The translations under genes were made by a program, and so were the position numbers. The notes beneath the pieces were generated by a model. It worked only from the letters and a program-made list of their open reading frames with translations, did no database searches and was not told the origin of the DNA. Positions 26,277 through 39,098 of a stretch of DNA of 64,000 nucleotides are shown piece by piece. The DNA is taken from assembly GCA_964650185.1 (NCBI GenBank), contig CAZYRN010000005.1:18640-82639 (forward strand), given 5' to 3'. The stretch comes from an uncultured Pseudomonadales bacterium. GTDB lineage: Bacteria; Patescibacteriota; Microgenomatia; UBA1400; PJMF01. Numbering within the stretch: position 1 is the stretch's first letter; each line of letters begins with the position of its first letter.

Positions 26277-29200
26277 ATGGCCGGGAAAAAGCGAGTAAAT
26301 TGGGGCAACGACCACGATATTTTACCTAAGTTAGACCTGATCCAGCTGCAGCAAGAAAGTTACCAAAGATTTTTAGATGATGGCATTCGAGCTGCATTAG
26401 ATGAAGTTAATGGTGAAAAAGATGGCATTGAGGACTTTACTGGTAAAAACTGGAAGCTGAAATTCGGTGACTATCGCTTTGATGAGCCCAAACATACTCC
26501 TACCCAAGCCAAGCGCAAGGCTGTTTCTTATGATATGCCGCTCTATGTTGAAGCCACTTTAACTAATAAGAAAACCGGCACTACCCAAACCCAAGAAGTC
26601 TTTTTATGTGACCTACCCAAGATGACTCAGGTAGGCACATTTATTATTAATGGCATTGAAAGAGCTGTGGTGACACAGCTCGTTCGTTCTCCGGGTGTCT
26701 TTTTCTCTGGTGATGAGGAAGATGCTTCTGGTCAGATGTACTACAAAGCAGAGTTAAGACCCCTGCGTGGTTCCTGGATTGAAATCACAGTTGGTAAGCG
26801 TGATGTGATTTCTGTCAAAATTGACCGCCGTCGCAAGATGCCGGTGACTACTTTACTGAGAGCCATGGGCTATGATTCCAACGAAGAAATTTTAGAACTG
26901 TTCTCAGATGAGAGAGAGTTGGATGAGTACGATTTAATTCAAAAAACTTTAGAAAAAGATGCCACTGAGTCAGAAGCTGAAGCTTTAATTGAGCTCTACG
27001 AAAAAATGAGACCGGGTGAGCCAGCTGTGCTGGATACCGCCCGTGAGTATCTAAGCCAGCTCTTTTTTGATCCTCGCCGTTATGATTTGGGTTTAGTTGG
27101 CCGCTACAAACTTAATCGTCGCTTGAAGCAGGAAGTTAAAGAAGATGTAACAGTGTTGAGCCGATTAGATGTGGTTAATACCATTAAATATTTAATTAAA
27201 GTGCAAAATGGCCTGGGCAAAGTTGATGATATTGATCACTTAAGCAATCGTCGTGTTCGCCGAGTTGGTGAGTTAGTCAGACATAATGCCATGAGAATTG
27301 GCTTAATCAGACTGGAGCGCTCTATTCGAGAAAAAATGTCTTTAACTAAGACTGATGAGACGCTGACTCCAGCTTCGTTAGTTAATGCCAGGCCGTTGAT
27401 AGCCACTATCTCAGAATTTTTCCGCCGCAATCGGTTATCTACTATTTTAGATCAGACTAATCCTTTAGCAGAAATCGACAACTTGCGTCGGTTGTCAGTC
27501 ATGGGTACAGGTGGTGTAACTAGAGAAAGAGCCTCATTCTCAATGCGTGATATTAACGCTTCTCAGTATTCTAGAATTGACCCAGTCCGATCCCCAGAAG
27601 GTCCAAACATTGGTTTGGTTACTTATCTGGCTTTATATACACACGTCAATAAATATGGCTTTTTAGAAGCTCCCTACCGTAAAGTGGAGAACGTTAACGG
27701 CAAAATGAAATTGACGGATCAAATTGTCTACATGAGTGCCGATGAGGAAGAAGATTGTCATATTACTCACGCCTCAATTGATATTGATGAAAATGGCTAT
27801 CTCACCGAAGAGTGGGTGCCGATGCGGTTTATGAATGAGTTTAAGGAAGGTCCGGTTAAAGATGTGGAGTACATTGATGTTGTGCCACGTCAGGTGATTG
27901 GTACTTCTGCCTCATTAATTCCGTTTATTGCCCACGACGAAGCTAACCGGGCTCTGATGGGCACTCATATGCAATGTCAAGCTGTGCCACTGATTAAACC
28001 ACAAGCTCCAATTGTTGGTACGGGTATGGAAGAAGTGGTGGCCACAGCGATGGGTCGAACTGTCCGGGCTAAACACGGCGGAGTGGTGGATTATGTCGAT
28101 GGCAGCAAAGTGGTGGTTAAAGTTAATCCTAAAGAATTAGAGAAGATTGACAGAGATCGCTTTAAAGACGATGAGCAGATTGATTTAGATGGTGATCTGG
28201 AAATTTATCACTTAACTAAGTTTGAGCGAACTTCACAAAGCACCAGTTACTCCCAGCGGCCAATTGTCCAGCTTGGAGATAAGATTAGAGCGGGCGATGT
28301 GATCATTGATGGACCTGCTTCAGATCAAGGCGAGCTATCACTGGGGGCTAATCTACTGATTGCTTATGCTTCTTTTGAAGGTTTGGGTTATGAAGACGCG
28401 ATTGTTATCTCTGATCGATTGGTGAGGGAAGATACTCTGACCTCGATTCATATTAGTGAACATCGAGCGCGAGTGATGGATACCAAACTCGGAGCTGAAG
28501 AGTTAACTAATGACATTCCTAATGTTTCTGAAAATTATTTAGCTAACTTGACCATGGATGGTATCGTCCGAGTCGGTAGTGTTGTTGCCTCAGGTGATAT
28601 CTTGGTTGGGAAGATTGCTCCTAAGGGAGAGACTGAACTATCACCAGAAGAGAGGTTGTTGAGGGCCATCTTCGGTGAGAAATCAAGAGAAGTGCGAGAC
28701 ACTTCTCTACGCTTGCCCCACGGTACCACTGGTACTGTCATTGATGTTCAGGTTCTCGATCGGGATAAGGGCGATGAGCTGGATCCAGGGACTTTACAAG
28801 AAGTCGTGGTCAAGGTGGCTGAAACCCGCAAAATAACGGTTGGTGATAAGTTGGCAGGACGCCATGGAAACAAGGGTGTCATCTCTAAGATTGTGCCTCA
28901 GGCTGATATGCCTCATCAAGAAGATGGCACGCCGATTGATATTATCATCTCTCCGCTTTCCGTTTTGGCTCGTATGAACATGGGTCAGTTATTAGAAGCT
29001 AATTTAGGCTGGGCAGCCCAGAAAAAAGGCTTTAATGTGGCAGTGCCGGCATTTGAACAGGTTGATGAAGAAAAAATCTGGAATGCATTAGAGGAGGCTG
29101 GTTTACCGAGATCTGGTAAAGTTCAGCTAATTGACGGCCGCACCGGTGAGAAATTTAAAGAACAGACCGTGGTTGGCATTGGTTACATTTTGAAGCTAGT

Positions 29201-29723
29201 CCACATGGTTGAGGATAAGGTTCACGCTCGCTCAACTGGACCATACTCTTTAGTGACCCAACAGCCTTTGGGCGGTAAAGCCCAAATGGGTGGCCAGCGT
29301 CTGGGAGAGATGGAAGTTTGGGCTTTAGAAGCACATCGAGCTGCTCATACTCTGCAGGAAATGCTGACGATTAAGTCAGATGATGTTCAGGGTCGCGGTC
29401 GAGCATTTGAAGCGATGGTTAAGGGCGAAGATATTCCTGCTCCAACTGTACCTGAGTCTTTCAAAGTGCTGGTCAGTGAGTTGAATTCACTTGGCTTAGA
29501 GATTATTCCTCATGAAGTTCAAGAGGAAGTGATCGAGACTACACCTACCACTGAGTTGATCATTGATGCACTTGAAGATCAAACAGCAGAAGTTGAACCA
29601 GATCAGGCGATTGTGGTTGGTTTAGATGAGGTCGTGGAGGATCTCATTGAGGATGATGAAGAGGTTGAAGCAGAAGTAGCTGAGCTGAGTTCAGAATTAA
29701 ATGACACAAAGGATGAGGAGTAA
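26277..29723 (+). CDS. rpoB: DNA-directed RNA polymerase subunit beta
   Basis: 1148 aa. Unmistakable beta-subunit conserved blocks. Acidic C-terminal tail. Confidence 0.95.
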   Translation: MAGKKRVNWGNDHDILPKLDLIQLQQESYQRFLDDGIRAALDEVNGEKDGIEDFTGKNWKLKFGDYRFDEPKHTPTQAKRKAVSYDMPLYVEATLTNKKTGTTQTQEVFLCDLPKMTQVGTFIINGIERAVVTQLVRSPGVFFSGDEEDASGQMYYKAELRPLRGSWIEITVGKRDVISVKIDRRRKMPVTTLLRAMGYDSNEEILELFSDERELDEYDLIQKTLEKDATESEAEALIELYEKMRPGEPAVLDTAREYLSQLFFDPRRYDLGLVGRYKLNRRLKQEVKEDVTVLSRLDVVNTIKYLIKVQNGLGKVDDIDHLSNRRVRRVGELVRHNAMRIGLIRLERSIREKMSLTKTDETLTPASLVNARPLIATISEFFRRNRLSTILDQTNPLAEIDNLRRLSVMGTGGVTRERASFSMRDINASQYSRIDPVRSPEGPNIGLVTYLALYTHVNKYGFLEAPYRKVENVNGKMKLTDQIVYMSADEEEDCHITHASIDIDENGYLTEEWVPMRFMNEFKEGPVKDVEYIDVVPRQVIGTSASLIPFIAHDEANRALMGTHMQCQAVPLIKPQAPIVGTGMEEVVATAMGRTVRAKHGGVVDYVDGSKVVVKVNPKELEKIDRDRFKDDEQIDLDGDLEIYHLTKFERTSQSTSYSQRPIVQLGDKIRAGDVIIDGPASDQGELSLGANLLIAYASFEGLGYEDAIVISDRLVREDTLTSIHISEHRARVMDTKLGAEELTNDIPNVSENYLANLTMDGIVRVGSVVASGDILVGKIAPKGETELSPEERLLRAIFGEKSREVRDTSLRLPHGTTGTVIDVQVLDRDKGDELDPGTLQEVVVKVAETRKITVGDKLAGRHGNKGVISKIVPQADMPHQEDGTPIDIIISPLSVLARMNMGQLLEANLGWAAQKKGFNVAVPAFEQVDEEKIWNALEEAGLPRSGKVQLIDGRTGEKFKEQTVVGIGYILKLVHMVEDKVHARSTGPYSLVTQQPLGGKAQMGGQRLGEMEVWALEAHRAAHTLQEMLTIKSDDVQGRGRAFEAMVKGEDIPAPTVPESFKVLVSELNSLGLEIIPHEVQEEVIETTPTTELIIDALEDQTAEVEPDQAIVVGLDEVVEDLIEDDEEVEAEVAELSSELNDTKDEE

Positions 29724-29726
29724 GAC

Positions 29727-32700
29727 ATGTCAGATCAATTACATAACATTGTTGACTTTTCCGCTCTTGAGATTAGGATCGCTGATCCCAAGACTATCGA
29801 GTCTTGGTCTCATGGGGAAGTTAAGAAACCAGAAACAATTAACTATCGTTCTCTCAAAGCAGAGAAAGATGGTTTATTTGATGAAAAAATATTTGGTCCA
29901 ATCAAGGACTATGAATGTTACTGTGGAAAATATAAGCGAATTCGCTATAAAGGCATCATTTGTGATAAGTGTGGAGTTGAGGTCACTCATTCCCGCGTCC
30001 GCCGTGAGCGGATGGGTCATATTGGTTTAGCTGCCCCAGTAGCTCATATTTGGTACTTCAAGGGTGCTCCATCCAAGTTATCTTTACTGCTTAATATTAA
30101 GCCAAAGGCCCTAGCTTCCATCATCTACTTCTCTCAATATCTAGTTTTAGAGACTGATAATGAGGCTAAAGTTCAGGTAATTGAAAACTTAGCGGTAGCT
30201 TTAGAAGAATCAAAAGCCGAGCTAAAGGAAAACACCAAGCAAGCCATTGTTGAGGTTCAGGACAAACTTAAGGAAGATAAGAAAAAATTAAAAGAACGCA
30301 TTAAGAATAGTGAAACCTTGGAGCTGAAAATCGAAGAGGTAGAGCTGAAAGCTAAACAAAAAATTGCCACGCTGAAGGCTCAGCTTGATGAGCAGATTGA
30401 TCAGACTGAAGAGATCTACGACACCGTCAATAAGATGGTTAAGAAGATTAAAAAAGGCACCATTTTGAGTGAGGATGAGTACATCAAGCTGTTGGATTAT
30501 GATGCAGCTGATCACTTGCGTGTCGGCATGGGCGCAGAAAGCGTCTTGGAATTAGTCCAGGAGATTGATTTGGATGATTTAGCAGAAAAACTGCGTCAGC
30601 AGATGGAAGAAACCAAGGGCACTAAGAAAGTTAAGATCATCAAGCGATTGAGAGTAGTTGAAGGCTTTAGAAAAGCTGGTCTCGATCCTGCTTGGATGTT
30701 CATGACTATTTTGCCAGTCATCCCGCCCGATCTTCGACCAATGGTTCAGCTTTCTGGCGGTAGATTTGCTACCTCTGACTTGAATGATTTATATCGCCGA
30801 GTCATTAACCGTAACAATCGGTTGAAGCACTTAATTGAGTTAGGAGCTCCTGAGATTATTCTCCGCAATGAAAAGAGAATGCTCCAGGAAGCAGTAGACT
30901 CATTGATAGATCAGACTAACGTGCGTCGCAGTCGCCGGACCAACCGTCGTGAGCTGCGCTCTCTATCGGACATGCTCAAAGGCAAGCAGGGTCGATTTAG
31001 ACAGAACTTGCTGGGTAAGCGGGTTGACTACTCTGGCCGGTCAGTAATTGTCGTTGGTCCTGACTTAAAGCTAAATCAATGTGGACTGCCTAAAGATATG
31101 GCTTTGGAAATGTATAAACCTTACGTGCTGCGTGAGTTAATTTTGAATGGTGTGGCACCAAACGTGAAGAGTGCTCGTCATTTAATTGATCGTCGTGAGC
31201 CGGAAGTTTATGACATTTTGGAAAAAGTGACCGAGAATCACCCTGTAATTCTAAACCGGGCTCCGACTTTGCACAAACTGGGTATGCAAGCTTTCTTCCC
31301 CATCTTAATTGAGGGTAAGTCAATTCAGCTGCATCCTTGTGTCTGTACAGGTTATAACGCTGACTTTGATGGTGACCAGATGGCAGTACATTTGCCATTA
31401 ACCAAGCAGGCTCAGCAAGAAGCAATTGATCTACTGATGGCTAACAACAACTTGTTAAAACCAGCTAACAGCGAGCCAATTACTGTGCCTAATAAAGAAA
31501 TGGCGATGGGTGTTTATTATCACACCATTATGGATGAGGCTTTGCCTGAACATCCAGGTATTTTTGCTTCTGCTGATGAAGCCATGCACTTTTATCAGAT
31601 TGGCCGAATTGATTTGCGTCAGCCAATTAAAGTTAGACTGAAAATTCATGGTGAAAACAAAATTGAGCGAACCACTGTTGGTCGGATCGAGTTCAACCGG
31701 TTGTTGCCTGTTGAATTTGGTTTCTACAACACTGCTGTTGATGCCAAGATGATTAAAGAGATTGTGACTGAGGCGATTGAAAAACAACCTCAGGATCGAG
31801 TGGCTCAGTTAATCGATGACATCAAGCAAACTGGTTTTGAAGCGGCCACCAAATCTGGCTTATCAGTCTCAGTCACTGATTGTGAAATGATTGATGAAAA
31901 AGATGAGATCATTGAACAAGCTAACCGTCGCGTGGAAGATATTCAGCAAAATTATCAAGAAGGTTTAATTACCAATGAAGAGCGGAAAAAGCTCACTTAC
32001 CAGATTTGGATGGAGACCACTGATGTGGTAGCTGATAAAACCTGGGAATCTTACTCCAGCAAAAATGCGGTTAAAGTTATGATTGATTCCGGAGGTACTC
32101 GTGCTTCTAAAGATCAGGTGAAACAGTTGGCAGCTATGAGAGGTTTAGTTGTTGATCCGTTAGGAAATATCGTGGAGATGCCGACCAAATCTAACTTTAG
32201 AGAAGGTTTGTCAATTTTCGAGTACGTGACTTCAGCGAGAGGTTCAAGAAAAGGTCTAACTGACTCAGCTCTGAAAACTGCTGATGCCGGTTACTTGACT
32301 CGAAGATTGGTCGACGTCGCTCATGATGCCATTATTAGAATGACAGACTGTGGAACTGACCAGGGTATAGAAATTACCAAAGCAGCTCGAGGCAAGACTT
32401 TCGAAGAGAGTATTGTGGGTCGATTTGCTCTGGAAGATATTACTTCAGGTAAAAAAGTGGTTGTGGCTGCTGGGGAGATCATTTTACCCCGCCACGCCCA
32501 ACAGATTGCTGCTGATGACAAGATTCAATCAGTTGAAGTCAGATCTCCGCTGACTTGTGCTGCTACCAAAGGACTTTGTGCTCACTGTTATGGTTGGGAC
32601 TTTGCCACCAGAGATTTAGTTGAAATCGGGGTTCCGGTTGGTGTAGTCGCCGCTCAGTCAATTGGTGAGCCTGGTACTCAGCTAACAATGCGGGTCAAGC

Positions 32701-33434
32701 ACACTGGAGGTATCGTTGGTTTAGACGTGACTCAGGGCTTACCTCGTGTTGAAGAGTTATTTGAAGCCAGAACACCTAAGACTAAAGCGGTTATTACCGA
32801 GTTGTCTGGTCGTGTAGCCATTGAAGAAACAGAAGAAGAGGTGGCGATAACCATCACTACTATTGGATCACCCAAAGAGGAAGTCACATATCGAGTTTCC
32901 CCGAATCTGCCGCTCTTGGTAGATGACGGCGATTTAGTCGCAGCGGGCAGCAGATTAACAGCAGGCAGTGTTGACCTGGATGAGCTACTCCAAATTCAAG
33001 GCTTATTGGCAGCTCAGCACCACATTGTGGAGCAAGCTCAAAATGTTTATGAATCTCAAGGAATTAAGATTCATGACAAACACTTTGAGGTCATTGCCAA
33101 AAAGATGGGTGATAAAGTCAAGATTGAAGATGCCGGTGACACTGATTTCTTAGCAGGTGAGATTGTGGAGCAGAGTCGATTTATTGAGGAAAATGAATCC
33201 GTCATGGCTTCCGGTGGTGAACCTGCCGGAGCGAGAGTCATGCTGCTCGGTATTACTAGATCTGCTCTTTACACCAGTTCTTGGCTATCAGCAGCTTCAT
33301 TCCAACACACTAAGAGTGTTTTAACCGACGCTTCAGTGAGGGGAGCAGTAGACTATCTGGAAGGTTTGAAAGAAAACGTCATTATTGGCCGCTTAATACC
33401 GACCACACCAGAGAGAGCAAGGATAGAAGTATAA
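29727..33434 (+). CDS. rpoC: DNA-directed RNA polymerase subunit beta'
   Basis: 1235 aa. Zn-finger [21 protein letters not shown] and NADFDGDQM catalytic motif. Confidence 0.95.
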   Translation: MSDQLHNIVDFSALEIRIADPKTIESWSHGEVKKPETINYRSLKAEKDGLFDEKIFGPIKDYECYCGKYKRIRYKGIICDKCGVEVTHSRVRRERMGHIGLAAPVAHIWYFKGAPSKLSLLLNIKPKALASIIYFSQYLVLETDNEAKVQVIENLAVALEESKAELKENTKQAIVEVQDKLKEDKKKLKERIKNSETLELKIEEVELKAKQKIATLKAQLDEQIDQTEEIYDTVNKMVKKIKKGTILSEDEYIKLLDYDAADHLRVGMGAESVLELVQEIDLDDLAEKLRQQMEETKGTKKVKIIKRLRVVEGFRKAGLDPAWMFMTILPVIPPDLRPMVQLSGGRFATSDLNDLYRRVINRNNRLKHLIELGAPEIILRNEKRMLQEAVDSLIDQTNVRRSRRTNRRELRSLSDMLKGKQGRFRQNLLGKRVDYSGRSVIVVGPDLKLNQCGLPKDMALEMYKPYVLRELILNGVAPNVKSARHLIDRREPEVYDILEKVTENHPVILNRAPTLHKLGMQAFFPILIEGKSIQLHPCVCTGYNADFDGDQMAVHLPLTKQAQQEAIDLLMANNNLLKPANSEPITVPNKEMAMGVYYHTIMDEALPEHPGIFASADEAMHFYQIGRIDLRQPIKVRLKIHGENKIERTTVGRIEFNRLLPVEFGFYNTAVDAKMIKEIVTEAIEKQPQDRVAQLIDDIKQTGFEAATKSGLSVSVTDCEMIDEKDEIIEQANRRVEDIQQNYQEGLITNEERKKLTYQIWMETTDVVADKTWESYSSKNAVKVMIDSGGTRASKDQVKQLAAMRGLVVDPLGNIVEMPTKSNFREGLSIFEYVTSARGSRKGLTDSALKTADAGYLTRRLVDVAHDAIIRMTDCGTDQGIEITKAARGKTFEESIVGRFALEDITSGKKVVVAAGEIILPRHAQQIAADDKIQSVEVRSPLTCAATKGLCAHCYGWDFATRDLVEIGVPVGVVAAQSIGEPGTQLTMRVKHTGGIVGLDVTQGLPRVEELFEARTPKTKAVITELSGRVAIEETEEEVAITITTIGSPKEEVTYRVSPNLPLLVDDGDLVAAGSRLTAGSVDLDELLQIQGLLAAQHHIVEQAQNVYESQGIKIHDKHFEVIAKKMGDKVKIEDAGDTDFLAGEIVEQSRFIEENESVMASGGEPAGARVMLLGITRSALYTSSWLSAASFQHTKSVLTDASVRGAVDYLEGLKENVIIGRLIPTTPERARIEV

Positions 33435-33464
33435 ATTAAGATGTGTTACAATCACTGACTCATT

Positions 33465-33872
33465 ATGCCAACAATTAATCAACTAGTACGAAAAGGTCGA
33501 TCAGCTAAGCCGGACAAGATTAAGTCCACTGCTTTGCGTCGCAGTTTCAACACTATCAAAAACCAACCAACTAAAACCACTAACCCGCAAAAACGCGGTG
33601 TGTGTACTGTGGTCAAAACCATGACCCCGAAAAAACCAAACTCAGCCTTGCGGAAAGTGGCTCGTGTCAGACTCTCCAATAAAATGGAAGTGACCGCCTA
33701 CATTCCCGGAGAAGGTCATAATTTGGCCGAACACAGCATTGTTTTAGTTAGAGGCGGCAGAGTCAAAGACTTGCCAGGTGTGAAGTATCATATTGTCCGC
33801 GGTGTCTATGACTCTCAGGGCGTCAGTGGTCGAGCCTCCAGTCGTAGTAAATATGGTGCTAAGAAAAGTTAA
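33465..33872 (+). CDS. rpsL: 30S ribosomal protein S12 (with ~11-aa N-terminal region insertion)
   Basis: [16 protein letters not shown] and [18 protein letters not shown]. Confidence 0.9.
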   Translation: MPTINQLVRKGRSAKPDKIKSTALRRSFNTIKNQPTKTTNPQKRGVCTVVKTMTPKKPNSALRKVARVRLSNKMEVTAYIPGEGHNLAEHSIVLVRGGRVKDLPGVKYHIVRGVYDSQGVSGRASSRSKYGAKKS

Positions 33873-33882
33873 GTGAGAAGTT

Positions 33883-34359
33883 ATGAGAACAAGAAGATTT
33901 CCCTCCAGAGATATCGAACCAGACCTCAAGTATGGTTCAGTTAAATTAGCTAAAGTTATTAATCGCTCCATGCTCGATGGTAAGAAATCTGTGGCAGCAA
34001 CCCAGGTTTATGAAGCTTTAGATAAAGTGGCCCAAGAAACCAAGCGTGATGCTTTAGAAGTTTTTGAAGAGGTCATGGAGAAAATTCAACCTCGCATGGA
34101 AGTAAGAACTCGCCGTGTTGGTGGGGCTTCTTATCAAGTGCCAGTGCCGGTTAAACCCAGAAGAGCTTTTGCTTTAGCAGTCCGATGGCTGGTTATTGAA
34201 GCCAACAAACGTCCTAATCGTGAGTTCCACACCTATGCAGACAAGCTCGCTGCTGAGATGCTGGATGCTCTCAATGAAACAGGAGGTGCGATTAACCGCC
34301 GCGATACTTCTCATCGGATGGCGGAAGCAAATAAAGCATTTAGTCATTTCCGTTGGTAA
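33883..34359 (+). CDS. rpsG: 30S ribosomal protein S7
   Basis: S7 conserved blocks. Confidence 0.9.
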   Translation: MRTRRFPSRDIEPDLKYGSVKLAKVINRSMLDGKKSVAATQVYEALDKVAQETKRDALEVFEEVMEKIQPRMEVRTRRVGGASYQVPVPVKPRRAFALAVRWLVIEANKRPNREFHTYADKLAAEMLDALNETGGAINRRDTSHRMAEANKAFSHFRW

Positions 34360-34371
34360 AGAAAGCTGCCC

Positions 34372-36501
34372 ATGTCACAAACTCAAAACAGACAACTACC
34401 CTTAGATCGAATACGCAATATTGGCATTATTGCCCATATTGATGCTGGTAAAACGACCACCACTGAACGAATTTTGTTCTATACTGGCCGGACTTATAAA
34501 ATTGGTGAGGTCCATGAAGGTCAAGCCACCATGGACTGGATGTCACAAGAGCAGGAGCGCGGTATTACCATTATGTCCGCTGCAACCACTGCTTTTTGGA
34601 CTCCTTATTTTGACTCTCATCTTCCTAAAGAAAAATACCGGTTAAATATTATCGATACTCCTGGTCACGTTGATTTCACTGCTGAAGTTGAACGCTCTCT
34701 GCGGGTTCTTGACGGAGGAGTAACTGTTTTGGATGCTTCAGAAGGTGTTCAGTCTCAGTCGGAAACTGTCTGGCGCCAAGCTGATAAGTACAACGTCCCT
34801 AGAATTTGTTTTATTAATAAGATGGATAAATTAGGTGCCGACTTTTTTGCCACCATTGAAGACATCAAAGAAAAATTTGGTGTGAAACCGGCGGTGATGG
34901 TTTTACCAATGGGCGCAGAGGATAAATTTGCCGGTGTTATCCAGCTTCTCGAGAGAAAAGCCCTTTTTTGGAAAGATAGAGCTGCTGATACAGAGCCGGA
35001 AGTGAAGGATATTCCAGAAGAATATCAGGATCGAGTGGAAGAGCTTCGGTTGCAGTTAGTCGAATCAATTGCTGAAACTGATGAAGCTTTAATGGAAAAA
35101 TTCCTCATGGAGGAAGAGATCTCTGTGGAAGAACTGAAGGTGGCGTTGAGAAAAGCAGTCATTAACTATGATTTAGTCCCAATTTTAGCTGGTTCTTCTT
35201 TGAAGAACACCGGCATTCAGCCGTTGTTAGATGCGGTGGTTGAGTACCTGCCTTCTCCTATGGATATTGATCATATCACTGGTCATCTGCCTACTGATCC
35301 AGAGCAGGAAGTGGTTAGAGCTTTAAAGCCATCTGAACCTTTTGCTGCTTTAGCTTTTAAGATTCAGACAGATCCTCACGTTGGTAAATTAACCTACGCT
35401 CGGGTTTACTCTGGAAGAATTGAATCTGGCAGTTATGTTTACAATTCCTCATCCGATCAAAAGGAAAGAGTGGGTCGTTTGCTGCTGATGCATGCTAATG
35501 ATCGAGAAGAAATTCCTTACGGTGAAGCGGGCGAGATTGTGGCCATTATTGGTTTAAAAAATACTGCTACTGGTGACACCTTATGTGATCAAGCTCATCC
35601 GATTGAGTTGGAGCGAATTACATTTGCAGATCCAGTTATTTCTTTAGCAATTGAACCGAAGACTAAATCTGACCAGGAAAAAATGGGTATGGCTTTGGCA
35701 AAACTGTCAGAGGAAGATCCAACCTTTTCTATCTCTGTTGATCATGAAACAGGTCAAACCATCATTGGCGGTATGGGAGAACTTCATTTGGAGATTATTG
35801 TGGACCGGATGAAAAGAGAGTTTAGCGTGGATGCTAATGTTGGCAAGCCTCAAGTTGCTTATCGTGAAACTATCAAACAGGAGGCTGAGGGTGAGGGTAA
35901 GTACATCAAGCAAACTGGTGGACGTGGTCAGTATGGTCATGCCCTAATCCGCATTTGGCCAAAAGACCGAGGTACTGGTTATGAGTTCAGCAATGATATC
36001 ACCGGTGGTGCAATTCCTCGTGAATTTATTACGCCGGTAGATAAGGGTATCCAAGAGTCCATGGAGCGTGGTTTCTTGGCTGGCTACCCAATGACCGACT
36101 TAGCAGTGTCACTTTATGATGGCTCTTACCATGATGTTGACTCAAGTGAGTTAGCTTTTAAGATGGCTGGATCTTTAGCGATTAGACAAGCTGTTAATAA
36201 AGCTAATCCGGTTTTGTTAGAGCCAATCATGAAGATTGAAGTGACTACACCCGAAGAGTTTATGGGTGATATCATCGGTGATCTTTCTAGCCGGCGTGGC
36301 CAGATTCAAGGCACCAATCATCGCGGTAATGTCGTCATTATTACGGGTATAGTGCCATTGGCTGAGATGCAAGGCTATGTTACAATTCTAAGGAGCATGA
36401 CTCAAGGTCGTGCTACTAGTGTATTGCTGCCCAGCCATTATGATGAGGTGCCAGCGAGCATTACTCAAGAGATTATTAGTGAAAGAGAGCCTCGGGGCTA
36501 A
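34372..36501 (+). CDS. fusA: Elongation factor G
   Basis: [20 protein letters not shown] and NKMDK G-motifs. 709 aa. Confidence 0.95.
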   Translation: MSQTQNRQLPLDRIRNIGIIAHIDAGKTTTTERILFYTGRTYKIGEVHEGQATMDWMSQEQERGITIMSAATTAFWTPYFDSHLPKEKYRLNIIDTPGHVDFTAEVERSLRVLDGGVTVLDASEGVQSQSETVWRQADKYNVPRICFINKMDKLGADFFATIEDIKEKFGVKPAVMVLPMGAEDKFAGVIQLLERKALFWKDRAADTEPEVKDIPEEYQDRVEELRLQLVESIAETDEALMEKFLMEEEISVEELKVALRKAVINYDLVPILAGSSLKNTGIQPLLDAVVEYLPSPMDIDHITGHLPTDPEQEVVRALKPSEPFAALAFKIQTDPHVGKLTYARVYSGRIESGSYVYNSSSDQKERVGRLLLMHANDREEIPYGEAGEIVAIIGLKNTATGDTLCDQAHPIELERITFADPVISLAIEPKTKSDQEKMGMALAKLSEEDPTFSISVDHETGQTIIGGMGELHLEIIVDRMKREFSVDANVGKPQVAYRETIKQEAEGEGKYIKQTGGRGQYGHALIRIWPKDRGTGYEFSNDITGGAIPREFITPVDKGIQESMERGFLAGYPMTDLAVSLYDGSYHDVDSSELAFKMAGSLAIRQAVNKANPVLLEPIMKIEVTTPEEFMGDIIGDLSSRRGQIQGTNHRGNVVIITGIVPLAEMQGYVTILRSMTQGRATSVLLPSHYDEVPASITQEIISEREPRG

Positions 36502-36567
36502 GCAGGAGTATTTAATTTCGTAGTTCAAATTAGTAGCAAAAAACATTTATTTATAAAAGGAGACCTT

Positions 36568-37767
36568 ATGGCTGAAGACAGCAAAAAATTTCAAAGAACT
36601 AAGCCGCACGTTAATATCGGCACCATTGGTCACGTTGACCATGGCAAAACCACATTAACTGCTGCTATTACTCAAACATTGGCTCAAAAGATACCAAGTG
36701 ACATCAACAAGCCTTTGCAATACAAAGACATTGACAATGCTCCTGAAGAGGCAACTCGTGGTGTGACCATCAACATTTCTCATATTGAGTATGAGACTGA
36801 GGCTCGTCACTATGCTCATATTGATGCTCCAGGTCACGCTGACTATGTCAAAAATATGATCACCGGTGCCGCTCAGATGGATGGTGCAATTTTAGTGGTG
36901 GCTGCTAATGATGGACCTATGCCTCAAACCAGAGAGCATATCCTCTTAGCCAAGCAGGTGAACGTGCCAAAAATTATCGTAGCCTTAAATAAAACTGACA
37001 TGGTTGATGATGCCGAACTGCTTGACCTGGTCGAGATGGAGGTGCGCGAACTCTTAACCAAAAATGGTTTTGATGGCGATGAGGCACCAATTGTCCGCGT
37101 CAGTGCCTTAAAAGCTTTGGAAGGCGATGCTGCTGCTAGTGATCAAATCATGGAATTGATGAACACCGTTGATTCATACATTCCTGAGCCTGTCCGTGAG
37201 CTTGATAAGCCATTCTTAATGGCGGTGGAAGATGTTTTCTCCATCAAGGGTCGTGGTACAGTCGTGACTGGCAGAATTGATTCCGGTGTGGTTAAGGTTG
37301 GTGAAGAAATTGAGATTGTTGGTATTAGAGACACCAAGAAATCAACTGTCACTGGTGTGGAAATGTTCCGCAAGATGCTTGATCAAGGTCAGGCAGGCGA
37401 CAACGTCGGTATTCTCTTAAGAGGTATTGGAAAAGAAGACGTTGAGCGCGGTCAAGTTTTGGCCAAACCAGGCTCCACCCAACCTCATACTGAGTTCGAG
37501 GCTGAAGTTTATATCTTAACCAAAGAAGAGGGTGGCCGTCACAAGCCATTTTTCACTGGTTATCGACCTCAGTTCTACATCAGAACTACTGTTGTAACTG
37601 GTGAGATCGGTCTGCCAGAGGGCGTTGAGATGGTCATGCCTGGCGATAATGCTAAGATGAGCGTCAAGTTAATCGTCCCAGTAGCTATGCGCGAAGGCTT
37701 AAGGTTTGCCATCCGTGAGGGTGGTCACACCATCGGTGCCGGTGCAATTACTAAAATTGTAAAGTAA
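36568..37767 (+). CDS. tuf: Elongation factor Tu
   Basis: [18 protein letters not shown] and NKTD motifs. 399 aa. Confidence 0.95.
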   Translation: MAEDSKKFQRTKPHVNIGTIGHVDHGKTTLTAAITQTLAQKIPSDINKPLQYKDIDNAPEEATRGVTINISHIEYETEARHYAHIDAPGHADYVKNMITGAAQMDGAILVVAANDGPMPQTREHILLAKQVNVPKIIVALNKTDMVDDAELLDLVEMEVRELLTKNGFDGDEAPIVRVSALKALEGDAAASDQIMELMNTVDSYIPEPVRELDKPFLMAVEDVFSIKGRGTVVTGRIDSGVVKVGEEIEIVGIRDTKKSTVTGVEMFRKMLDQGQAGDNVGILLRGIGKEDVERGQVLAKPGSTQPHTEFEAEVYILTKEEGGRHKPFFTGYRPQFYIRTTVVTGEIGLPEGVEMVMPGDNAKMSVKLIVPVAMREGLRFAIREGGHTIGAGAITKIVK

Positions 37768-37786
37768 ATTAGTATAGAATTTAGTG

Positions 37787-37810
37787 AAAACCCCGCTTAG
37801 GCGGGGTTTT
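37787..37810 (+). terminator. Rho-independent terminator after tuf
   Basis: aaaaccccgc-ttag-gcggggtttt perfect 10-bp stem followed by a T-tract. Confidence 0.75.
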
Positions 37811-37844
37811 CATTTCAGAGAAAGTTTGTTACAATAAGAAGCTC

Positions 37845-37873
37845 TGTACAACCAGGCGAAAACCAGATATAAT
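37845..37873 (+). promoter_or_regulatory. Candidate S10-operon promoter (-35 tgtaca, 17 nt, -10 tataat)
   Basis: Read directly. Lies between the tuf terminator and rpsJ. Confidence 0.35.
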
Positions 37874-37909
37874 CTCGCCTTGTTGTTTAACAAAGACTAG
37901 AAAACAAAT

Positions 37910-38239
37910 ATGGCAAAGAGTTCTGAAAATCAAGACTCATACAAGATTAGAGTCCGGTTAAAATCATATGACCATCGGGTGATTGATGAAGCTGGACGCA
38001 AAATCTTAGAAACAGCTCTTTCTACAGGGGCTAGGGTGAAAGGACCAATCCCACTACCGACTCATCGGAAGTGGTTTACAGTCTTGATATCCCCGCACAC
38101 TGATAAAGATGCTCAAGAGACCTTTGTTATTAGAACTCACAAGCGATTGATCGATATTGTCAATCCGACGAGTAAAACCATTGACTCGTTAATGCATCTG
38201 GAATTGCCTGCTGGTGTAGACATCCAGATCAAGATGTAA
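37910..38239 (+). CDS. rpsJ: 30S ribosomal protein S10
   Basis: [16 protein letters not shown]...[10 protein letters not shown]. Confidence 0.9.
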   Translation: MAKSSENQDSYKIRVRLKSYDHRVIDEAGRKILETALSTGARVKGPIPLPTHRKWFTVLISPHTDKDAQETFVIRTHKRLIDIVNPTSKTIDSLMHLELPAGVDIQIKM

Positions 38240-38294
38240 CAATAAGAAAGAATGACTGTATTGAGAACAATTTATCAACACTGTCTGAGAGATT

Positions 38295-39092
38295 ATGTTA
38301 AAAACGGTTTTTGCTACCAAATTAGATATGACCCAAGCCTGGTCTACGACCGGGAAGAGGTTGGCTGTGACCAAATGTCATGTTGGTCATAATTTGATAG
38401 TTAATAAACTTGAAACTTCAGTTATTAATAAACAAGATCAAACTAAGCAGCAAAACGTAGCTATTTTCGAGATTGGCTACGGTGACAAGAAGCTCAAAAA
38501 CATGTCAAAACCACTCCGAAGCAGACTGCAACAGAGTGGTTTTTCTGAAGGTGTGAAGCAAATTAAGGGTGTAAGAGTTATTTTAGATGAGTTAGGTGAA
38601 GAGGAAAATTTAGATCAACTTAAAGTCGGCGAGACGATTTCTTTAGCCAATGTATTAGAAGTTGGCGATGTAGTAGCTGTGCAAGGCGTCACCAAAGGCC
38701 GCGGTTTTGCCGGTGTGGTTAAACGCCATGGTTTTGCCGGTGGACCTCGAACTCACGGTCAATCTGATCGATTAAGAGCTCCGGGTTCAATTGGAGCGGG
38801 AACTGATCCAGGTAGAGTTTGGCCAGGAATGAAGATGGCTGGTCATTATGGGGTTGATAATAAAACTATTCGCAACTTAACCGTTCTTCATCTCGATCAA
38901 GAATCAGGTGAAGTTTGGTTGAGCGGTCCAGTTCCAGGACATTTAAAATCCATTATTAAAATTACTAAGACCGGACGTAAAAAAGAAGTTGCTTTAGATC
39001 GAGCCGCTTCTGGACTCCCAGAAGAAAAGCCCACGGAGGCACCTGCAGAGACACCAGTAGAGACGCCAGCAGAAGAGAGCAGCAATCAATAA
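38295..39092 (+). CDS. rplC: 50S ribosomal protein L3 (with P/E/A/T-rich C-terminal extension)
   Basis: VTKGRGFAGVVKRHGFAGGPRTHGQS. Confidence 0.9.
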   Translation: MLKTVFATKLDMTQAWSTTGKRLAVTKCHVGHNLIVNKLETSVINKQDQTKQQNVAIFEIGYGDKKLKNMSKPLRSRLQQSGFSEGVKQIKGVRVILDELGEEENLDQLKVGETISLANVLEVGDVVAVQGVTKGRGFAGVVKRHGFAGGPRTHGQSDRLRAPGSIGAGTDPGRVWPGMKMAGHYGVDNKTIRNLTVLHLDQESGEVWLSGPVPGHLKSIIKITKTGRKKEVALDRAASGLPEEKPTEAPAETPVETPAEESSNQ

Positions 39093-39098
39093 AGGCAG

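Noticed and set aside
26099-26308. 69-aa hydrophobic ORF on the minus strand in the rpoB leader
   Set aside because: Lies antisense within the rpoB 5' leader and start region. No RBS or motif. Likely a spurious ORF.
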